Source: the human T2T-CHM13v2.0 reference genome, Homo sapiens. Taken from it: DNA of 64,000 nucleotides. A program made the position numbers and the translations under genes. Below the pieces are notes generated by a model that saw nothing but the letters and a program-made list of their open reading frames with translations, searched no databases and was not told where the DNA came from. Shown here one piece after another: positions 54,364-64,000 of this stretch. Position 1 is the stretch's first letter, and the number at the start of each line of letters is the position of its first letter. Where the stretch lies: NCBI RefSeq assembly GCF_009914755.1, contig NC_060926.1; one strand, given 5' to 3'.

Positions 54364-56399
54364 GTTATAACAACTTATTCTTAAAACATTTGGACACATT
54401 ATATTTGATAGTAGCGGTGGTGAAATGTGTATTTTTACTCATCTAGATGTTCCCTAAGTAAATACATTCTTTTTATCTGTATTCCCAAGGATAAGCACAG
54501 TAAATACATACACAGAGAGTACGTATTTCAAAATGACTATTAAATACATGAAAATTTTATTTTGAACAACTGATTCTTTACTTGTTTGCCTGCTTATTTT
54601 TCAGTCCCTACTCCCAGGTCTGTAATTAGCATGCTTATTTTAATACAGTTGTATGGATGATAAATTACACACTGATATGGGATTTCCCCAAATGACAGAC
54701 TATAAAAATGAACATGGGGAATCAATCAATCAGGAAGTCCTTTGTTTACAGTCCTACTATACTTCCTAGTTTAAAGTCATCAACCGAAAAGAAGGGGGGC
54801 AATGGCTGGACCAGCCAGGATGGTGTTACAAACTAGCATTCTGGTTGGTCTTGACCTGTGCCATGCTGATGATTACTTATTTTGAACATCAACTTTGGTT
54901 TCTGTTCTAAGGCAATTTGTGATCCTGATGAGAAGACACCATGTAATTATAATTTTAAAATAATTAGACAATAGAGAGTACATGAAAGACATGGGATTTT
55001 ATACAATGGCTACAAGGCATTTGCAGAAAATGGTCATATTTAGGAGGCAAATTTCAGGAAGAGGTAACCCACGGGATTTTCATTTGGAGCACTGGCCTTT
55101 GTGTTCTGAGGTGATTCCCAGTGTTAGTTTGGATTAATACAATCTGTGTATCGGGACAGGTGGCACCAGCCATCATTGCCTTTTCTACTTCCATAGGCTT
55201 TGTTCACCCAAAGCCACCTCACTCTCTAGAGATGCACGCCAGGGTAGTTTGCGTGTGGTGGTTGCTTCTCAAAAGGCCACAGCTAGGTCACACATTATTT
55301 AAAGCACTACTTTATTTAAGACAACTTTCAAGTGTTTCTTCCCCCTTTGCTATCTATGATTGCCCCATTTCAGTTTGCCATAGAGCAGCTGTTTCGATAT
55401 CCAGCATTTATCCGTTCTCCACATGCATCCAGCCCAGAGGGATTGTTAAGCAGATCATTGTTTTAATTCTGGCTACATTCCAGGTCCCCATTATTAGTGA
55501 TCCTGTCTTAACATTTACTGTTCAGTTTGGCTCACAGGTGATGTTGATTAAATTGGATATACCATCTGGGGTGGGTTTTTGTCTTGTAGGCACACTCCAA
55601 GCTGAGCACACCTATGGCTTCATTTTGGTCTGAAGTTTCATGCCACATTGGATGGCATTCTGGACATGATTTTCCACCACCTGGGCGTGATTCTTGGCTA
55701 ATTCATTTCGTAGCTGTGTTGAAATGAAGCAATTCACTTCACTATTAGGGTCTTGGTTTCCTAACAAATAAACCAAATAATAATCATTCATTCATTCCTT
55801 CACTTAGTTCCTTGTTCATTTTTTAACCATTTATTGGCCAGCCACTTTGTGTCTGATACTCTACGAGCATGCAGAAATCAGAGACAAACAGGGAGTCCAA
55901 GCAGAGGCGGTAGGACGCACAGACAGAAAGGCAAGAACACCACATGTACTGTTCACAGAGCAGTGCTCTCTACCAACAGATGGGAGCGAAGAGCTCTGGA
56001 GCCTGCAGGACATGATCACTGAACTGGATCTTAAAGATCGAGAGCTCCGAACTCTGCTTTCATGCATCTCATCAATTAAAATATCCATGTGAGGGTAACA
56101 CATAACAATTTTATCCTATTATTGGGGGAAATAAATCAAACATATATGAATTACTTATTTTCTTATTATTTCATTATTTAAATACACAAAGCAGACTTGA
56201 ATACGTGTGCTTCATACCACATGGGGTTGTTCTGAGAATCAAATGGCATGATGTGTGAACAAACACCTTCTAAAGTGCTGCAGAAGGCTCTTTTGAGCAT
56301 GTGGGTGATGCTGCCTGCCCTGCCTGTCCCACTAAGCTGTCACAAGGACTGAATTAGAAAAGGAATGTGAAAAAATGTTGGAAATGTAAAGCACTGATA

Positions 56400-56680
56400 A
56401 TAATAAGAGCAGTAACAACTAACACTTACCTAGCTCTTACGATGCGCTAGACATGGTTCTAAGTGTTTTACTTGTATTAGCTTATTTAATCCACATGACA
56501 ACAAATACGGTATGGCTTAGAGGTGAGCCATATGAAAGTGTTAATATTTGGTCATTTCTGACCTGCCAAAATGACAGTTTCATATGGTTCAATCTGTTAT
56601 TACTTTCCTATTTTACAGATGAAGAAATGAGATGCAAAGAGTTAAGCCATTTACCCAGGGTCACAGAGTTAGTAAAAGCA
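56400..56680 (-). mobile_element. MIR
   Basis: AACTAACACTTACCTAGCTCTTAC..CCTATTTTACAGATGAAGAAATGAGATGCAAAGAGTTAAG..CCCAGGGTCACAGAGTTAGTAA. Confidence 0.85.
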
Positions 56681-56830
56681 TCTTGTTTTTCCCATTATTT
56701 ATGGACATTCTGAATCTGTTGGTGTTCCTGGGTTCCAAGAATAAAAATCCAAAATGTCTAGCTTTAAAAAGAAAAATAGAAAGTACATGGAGTTTCTGGT
56801 AGAGTCAAAGGAAAGCTGATAAACAGAACA

Positions 56831-57061
56831 TAGCCATCCCTCTGTACACTCAGGGGATTGGTTCCAGGACCCCCATGTATACTCAAATCCATGCATACTC
56901 AAGTCCTGCTGTGGCCCTGTGGAACCATGTATACCAAAATTCAGCCTTCTGTATAGAAATATATATTCTATTTCTCACCCCTCCATCTGTGTTTGGTTGA
57001 AAAAAATCCGTGTATAAATGGACCCACGCAGTTCAGACCCATGTTGTTCAAAGGTCAACTG
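56831..57061. mobile_element. MER8 (TcMar-Tigger non-autonomous)
   Basis: GGGGATTGGTTCCAGGACCCCC..TTTGGTTGAAAAAAATCCGTGTATAAATGGACCCACGCAGTTCA..TTCAAAGGTCAACTG. Confidence 0.9.
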
Positions 57062-57745
57062 CATTTCCAGAATCCCACTGTTTCTCATCACCTCAAGGTC
57101 TGCCACTCTGTTCCAAGCCACTGTCATCCCTCACCTGGATGAATGTGGGAGCTTCCTAACTGGTCCCTCCACTTCTGCCCCAGCCCTTCTTCGGGCTATT
57201 TTCAACCTAATGGAGATAGATCGTGTTTAAAAGTTGGTCAAGTAATGTCATGGTTCCACTGAAACCTATCAGCGGCTCTCATCTCTTGCAGAGGTGAAGC
57301 TCATATCTTCACTCTGTCCTATGTGGCCCTATGTGATCTGCCCCCAGCCCCAGACCTCTCTGACCTTGCTGCCTGCTAGCATTCCTCCTTCCCTCTGTTC
57401 CACTCACACATGCCTGGTGCACCTCAGACCTCTGCGTTTCCAGAGCTTTCCCCAGATCTCTGTATGGCTCACTCCTACAACCCCTTCTGGTCTTTTCTCA
57501 CACGTCACCTTCTCAGAGAGGCCTTCACTGATGTCTACTTAAAATGTCAATCCTAACCCAACAATGAACTTATCTTCCTGCCTTCCTTTATTTTTTCTCC
57601 TTTGCACTTAACGATTGTCTCGTAGACTTTATGCTTGCTGATTTGTATTTATAATGGGCTGTCTCCAGTAGAATATTAGGACAAGGATATTTTACTATTT
57701 TGCCAAGTACTGGGCATAAATAAATACTTGTTGAATAAGTGAATG
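57062..57745 (+). mobile_element. L2 3' region
   Basis: CCAAGCCACTGTCATCCCTCACCTGGA..CTTCCTAACTGGTC..GTCACCTTCTCAGAGAGGCCTTC..AATAAATACTTGTTGAATAAGTGAATGA. Confidence 0.88.
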
Positions 57746-58052
57746 ACAAGGCCTTGGAAAAGTTAAAATACAAATAAACAGAACAAAACAAAACTAGGCT
57801 TCCGGAGATGTAAGAAGCTCTAATTATTCCCTGTGTAATTGTGTACAAAAGTTCAGTTCTTAGTAGAAATTCATGGATGTAGCTTCAGTCCCATGTCTAC
57901 CCACTGGCCAGAATAGAGCAGGGCCCACTGAACCACTAAAATATGGGAAGCAGCTGGCATTATTATGTCTATTACCAGAAGAAGGGGAAACAGAATCCAG
58001 GCAGGTAAAAATCTATAGCTGTGCTACCCACTACACACACTGACCTTCTTGA

Positions 58053-58490
<438 letters not shown>

Positions 58491-58669
58491 GATTGCCTCC
58501 AATTTCCTTAGGTTGATTGTTTTCCCATAAAGGTAGACTTCAATATGTATATTAGAAGAATCTACGCATCTTCTATAGATTTTTGAATTCTTGTATTAGG
58601 ATTTTATTTTAAAGAAAATAGAGGAATTATTAGCTTCTAATGTTTCTTTTATTCTTCTCAGAATGAAAT

Positions 58670-59320
58670 AATTATACTGCTTTTGCTGATAAGAAGGTAA
58701 TTTAAAAAAATTGAACAATGCCGAAGTATATAATGTTCAGCTGCCTCAACCAGGCCACTCTCCTTGTTTCCATTGTATCCTACAAATGTAATCTCTTTTT
58801 AACATTAGGAATATGTACTTCCAGCATTTACTATTTATGATATTTTTATCATAAAAGGCTTTTATATATACACTAGATAGAATAATAATATGCACTTCTC
58901 TATGAGCTGCACATTAGACAAATTAATACTGTGCAAACTGTTCTACAACCTGCATTCTTTATTTTACATTGTATCAAGAATAGCTTTTCATGCCACATTG
59001 GTCTGCCTTATCTAATTCAAAGACTGCATAGTGTTCCATTATATGAATATATTATAACTTATTCTATCAGTCCTTTAATGATGGATATTGGTACTAAAAA
59101 CAAGGCTGTAATTGATATCCTTATATGTAAACATCCACTTGTATTTTCAGGATAAAGTCCAAAAAGTACAGTTACTGAGTCAAAGTGTAGATATATTTTA
59201 CATTTTGGTGCACATAACTAGATTGTACTACAGAAAATTTATAGCAATGTACAGCCCCATCAACAGTCTATGACAATGCTCACTTACTAAAACCTACCAT
59301 CATCTTTGGCATTCTAATAG
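58670..59320 (-). mobile_element. L1ME-type 3' end
   Basis: CTGCATAGTGTTCCATTATATG..CTTTAATGATGGATATTGG..TTACTGAGTCAAAG..CCCCATCAACAGTCTATGA. Confidence 0.75.
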
Positions 59321-60174
59321 AAGGCACAGAATCTGTTAGCATGTTCGTGAACTCTAAACTCTATATAGCAGATATTATACAATGCCATCTTCAATGATGA
59401 TTGGAGATGAGTCCAACAAATTAGTGTAAGTCTGACCTAAATGAACACAGCTCCAAAAATAGCAACCAACTGCTGCACAATAGAACGGTACTTATTGGAT
59501 CAAGGGTATGGCATTAGATGGGTTTCACCATTTTCAACAGGACTGGACCCTAACCAAGGTAGATGCTGTGGTTAATATTCTGAAACACAGGGTTAGCCAG
59601 CGATGGGCAACGATGTGATACACCAGGCTTTACTCCCCACTCTCTGGCCCCTGGCAGACAAAGAGAATTCCAATGAACTCAGTCACCACCTCTGAGTCCT
59701 TCACAACACAGTGCCCTCAGCAGCCACTGCAAACTCATTGGGTAGGTACATCAGGCACAACCTGAGATACACAGTGATTTTCCTAGACAAATGAAATTCA
59801 GAAGATATAGAGTTTTCAGCAGGGTATAATTTAGGGGAAAGGGGAAAGTATAGGTGGCATCTGATCAGGACCTTTAAATCAATTTTCCCAGCATTTGTTA
59901 GTATTGAAGATGGAAACAGGTTGAAGTCTGAAGGCCTGTTGTGATTTGTGGGTGTGCCTAGTGGAAAACATTAACTAATAGTCAATTTAGAAAGATTCTG
60001 ACCAGAATCTTGCTGTGGGAGACAAAAGTGATCCAATGATAGCAACTACATTAGACTTCTTAAGATGATTAGGCAAATGGAAATTCTGTATTTTTGAATA
60101 GTATTTCTTAAACAGTATGTATATTTCAATAGACAAAACTTAGGTTGCTGTCAAAAATTCTTAAAATTTTTTTC

Positions 60175-60570
60175 TTAGTATTATGTTTGTAAAGACAATT
60201 AATGTTATCTGCTGTAACAAACAATCCCCAAATTTCAGTAGATTCACAATAAAGTTTATTTTTTGCTTCCCCCAAAATCAGAGAGTTTTTCTGAATTCTT
60301 CTTTCAGGTGATACCTATAAAACTCAGGCTCTTCGTGTCATACGATTTCAATACATGGCCTCCATTGTTGCTATTGAAGGAGAAGAAAGATTACGAAAAA
60401 TCACACAGTTTTATAGCCAGTCCTAGAACTGTTGTACATCATTTCCATCCACTTCCAATTGGCCAGGACTTAATCACATGGCCCATCCTGAAGGAGCCTG
60501 GAAAATGGAGTCTCCCTGTGTGCCCCAGAAGAGGAAATGGGATTGGTGAGCATCCAGACAACCAGTCTTC
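60175..60570 (-). mobile_element. MLT1 (J/K-like) LTR
   Basis: TATCTGCTGTAACAAACAATCCCCAAATTTCAGT..ATTGGCCAGGACTTAATCACATGGCCC..CTGGAAAATGGAGTCT. Confidence 0.8.
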
Positions 60571-60739
60571 GAGTACACAGCCAGGCTTGGGAATTTTATT
60601 ATTCTTTGTAAATCTGGTAGCAATAGTCACTTCTTTAAAAATTTGGAGGGAGAACTACTTTGTTATATTTCAATGGGTTCTCTAAACCATATAATTCTTC
60701 ATTCTTTAGATATAATCATAAGTACAACCTGAATTCATA

Positions 60740-61584
60740 GTTTGATATTGCAAAACACATATATTTTCTTCAACCTCATTTCCTGACATACAACTCCTAA
60801 AATCCTTAGAATCTCCAAAGTATGTTATTGAGTTTACTGGGGCTGGCTGCCTCCAGGTAGCTTCAGGATGGGGCTGGTCACAGGAAAGACCAAGGCAAGA
60901 TTAGAGGATTGGAGCTTTCAGCCCCACTCCCCCTCAACCTTTGGGGAGTGAAGAGGGCCGAAGGTTAAGTTGATCCCCAATGGCCAATGGACATTCGTTT
61001 AATCCATCATGCCTAGGTAATGAAGCCACCATAACAACTCAAAACTAAAGGGTTGAGAAAGCTTCCAGATAGCTGAACACATGAAGGTTCCTGGAGGCTG
61101 GTGTCCCTGGACAAGGCATGGACGCTGCACACCCCAACCCCATACTTTACCTTATGCCTGTCTTTATCTGTGTTATTTATAATATCCTTTCTTATAAACC
61201 AGTGAATGAAGTAAAGTGTTTCCTGAGTCCTGTGAGCCACTCTAGCAAATTAATTGAATCCAAGGAGGGGGTTGTAGGAACCCCAATTTATAGCCAGTGG
61301 CTCTGAAGCACAGGTAAAATAACCTGGGGCTTGCAGTTGGCATCGGAAGTGGCCGCAGTCTTGTGGGAGCACCCTATGGGATCTGTCACTAACTTCAGGT
61401 CGACAGTGCTGGGATTGAATTGAATTAGAGGACATCTGGCTGATGTCCCCTGTAGAACTGATGGCTTGCTTAGTGTAGAGGGGTGAGGGGGAACCCTACA
61501 CACATTTGGTCACAGAAGTCATCTGTGGTGATTGTTGTGGTGTGACAGCAGAGAAGAAACAGTCTACTTTTTTCCACTCAGACA
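60740..61584 (+). mobile_element. MER21 solo LTR
   Basis: CTCCTAAAATCCTTAGAAT..TAGCTTCAGGATGGGGCTGGTCAC.GAAAGACCAAGGCA.GATTAGAGG..GTAAAGTGTTTCCTGAGTCCTGTGAGCCACTCTAGCAAATTAATTGAA. Confidence 0.88.
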
Positions 61585-61933
61585 CAGACACTCAGCTCTG
61601 AAAGCTGAATGTGATCTCAAGGGACTCCCTGGTTAAATCCACCTCTGAAGGCAGGTAGTAGACTCTTCAGTGACTCCCAACCCCTTTTAACCACCAAGAA
61701 TTCCTTTAATTATTTTTTCTTTAAAGACCTTATGTTTAGAAATAATTTGTCGACTAACCCACATTTATAGAGCAACAAGCATTCATTTTTCCCATATGTT
61801 GTTAATCATAAACATAAAAAATTTCAAATCAGAACTCTGATCAGAATGTGGAGATGATTCTTACACTGAGTTGATCTAAAGCTGGCCAGAAGCAGAGATT
61901 CAGGGCTCCAGTGAGCCTGTGGGTTTATGTCAG

Positions 61934-62284
61934 TGTTATAAACTGAATTGTACCCTACAAAATGCGTATATTGAAGCTCTAACTCCCAATGTCTCTGTAT
62001 TTGGAGATAGGTCCTGAATGAGGGTAATTAAGGTTAAGTGAGGTCATTTGGGTGGGACCCTAATCCAATGGGACCACTGTCCTTATAAGAGAGGAAGAGA
62101 CACACCAGAGATATTCCCTGTGCTCACACGAGACAAGGCCATGTAACAGCACAGCGAGAATGTGCTGTCTTCAAACCAGGAGTGCTTAGACCTCCTGCCT
62201 CCAGACTGTGAGGAAATAGATTTCTGCTGATTAAGTCACCCAGTCCAAGATATTTTATTATGGCAGCCATAGATGACTAATACC
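61934..62284 (+). mobile_element. MLT1A/B MaLR solo LTR
   Basis: TGTTATAAACTGAATTGT..GTATTTGGAGATAGG..CCCTAATCCAAT..TATGGCAGCCATAGATGACTAATAC; 5 bp TSD GTCAG/CTCAG. Confidence 0.92.
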
Positions 62285-62421
62285 CTCAGTGAAAGGTAAA
62301 ATTTCTATCGTAGATCTTTAAAACATGAAAATAGACAAATGTTCACATTGTCTTAGTAAATCCAATTAGGAACAACTGTATTATCATCTTTGTGCAAAAG
62401 AGCTTCATTTATGAAGGGTAA

Positions 62422-62763
<342 letters not shown>

Positions 62764-63269
62764 TGAGGTTTTGTACATCAAGTGCTATGTATCAAAAAGC
62801 CCTGGCTGAAGGAAGAATTTGCTTCATAAACAAAATTCTATATGATTTGACATGTGTTTGCTTTTTACTATAATGTCTCACCTACTGGAGGTTCAAGTTC
62901 TATCGTCAATATTCTTTTAGGCAATTTTTGCATACAATCATACATGTACACTAAATGCTGTTGAAACTGTCAACCCCAGTTATTATTTTTAGATTAGTGC
63001 AGAGGATGGGATAAAGGAATCATGACATTGAATAAAACTTATTCAGATCTGCCACCAACACATCATTTCCCCATCCCTCTTCAAGGCAAGAATCAGTACT
63101 TGTAAGTGCAGGAAAAGTTATTGAGGCAAAATGCCGGGGTCATTTTTAAAATGCTCAGAAACTTATTTTGCGAAGAGTCACTGCCCATGGGTGTTTGTCG
63201 TTGCACTGGCTCCCTCACCTTCATGTATGACTTTCACACACACACATCATGATTCTGCTTCTCTATGAC

Positions 63270-63450
63270 CAGTACAGACTTAAAGAACGTGAAGACTGTT
63301 CGAAAGCAGGATTTAGCATCCCCATTTTAATAATAAATACAAACACACACTTACCCAGTACGTTTTACGCCTGCCTGCAACAAAAACAGCTGAACAGATT
63401 GTGATGAAATTCAGAGACTGACAGTCTGACAAAAAAATCCCTTTTTGTCT
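63270..63450 (-). mobile_element. MIR fragments
   Basis: AGCATCCCCATTTT..CACTTACCCA..GAAATTCAGAGACTGACAGTCTGAC. Confidence 0.45.
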
Positions 63451-64000
63451 AAAATCTGGCTTCCATAGGTTTGTGCAAATCTAAATATTTGATTTTGCAC
63501 TGGAAAAGGAGCCAGTCTTATGTACAATTTATAAAATAAATGTGTAGATACATGTTTTAAAATCTCCAAATTTTGTCAACACATACTGTCCAAATTTAAA
63601 GACTTTTCTCCCCCATTTTTTTTCCTATGACTTGGGTGTATTTTCCCCCTGCTTTTTAAGGCTTTAACTATATTTATCTAATAAGAACTCTTTTGCAAAC
63701 CAGTGTTTCAATAACGATTTAACAGTAGTTTCAGTGTCAAATTGCCCTTTCCTCAGCAGGGAGTTTTAAGCCTTGCTGTATTATACTTCCAAGACACTCA
63801 GGAGCTGGAGTTGGGAGATATAATATTTTCTTTGAAGTTTGCCTTCACAACACACTGGGATGCAAACAAGCTTCAGTTACTCAGCAGTCAAACAATTCCA
63901 TCACACAGCGACCAGGGCTAAATATTGTACCCAATTTTCTAATTATATCTTTGTGATATTGACTACACGAGGTTAGGTGAAAACAGACTGGAATCACTAT

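Noticed and set aside
55121-55633. 170 aa ORF, the longest non-L1 ORF
   Set aside because: GTG start, no recognisable family or exon structure; PhyloCSF or Ribo-seq would be needed to revive it

Overview
This is human genomic DNA, judged from Alu/MIR/L2/MaLR repeats and a human-specific L1HS-Ta element. It is AT-rich and I could not identify any cellular protein-coding exon, so it looks like a large intron, lncRNA locus or gene desert. The main feature is a full-length ~6.04 kb L1HS (Ta-1nd diagnostics) at 34959-40998 with a clean target-site duplication. ORF1 has a nonsense codon and ORF2 has a frameshift plus a nonsense codon, while the 5'UTR promoter, antisense ORF0 and endonuclease domain are intact. 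Around it are nested old repeats (L2, L1M, MLT1/MLT2/MST/MER21 LTRs, MER5A, MER8, MADE1, Alu, FLAM/FAM) and microsatellites. Several repeat-poor blocks resemble conserved developmental enhancers. Best second-look items: an AmnSINE1 relic at ~340-535, a perfect DR5 retinoic-acid-response element at 15583-15599, a ~116 bp near-perfect fold-back palindrome at 20264-20379, and candidate lncRNA exons. I found no convincing evidence of a wholly new system. Repeat subfamily calls come from remembered consensus sequences, not from a RepeatMasker run, and boundaries of old repeats are approximate.
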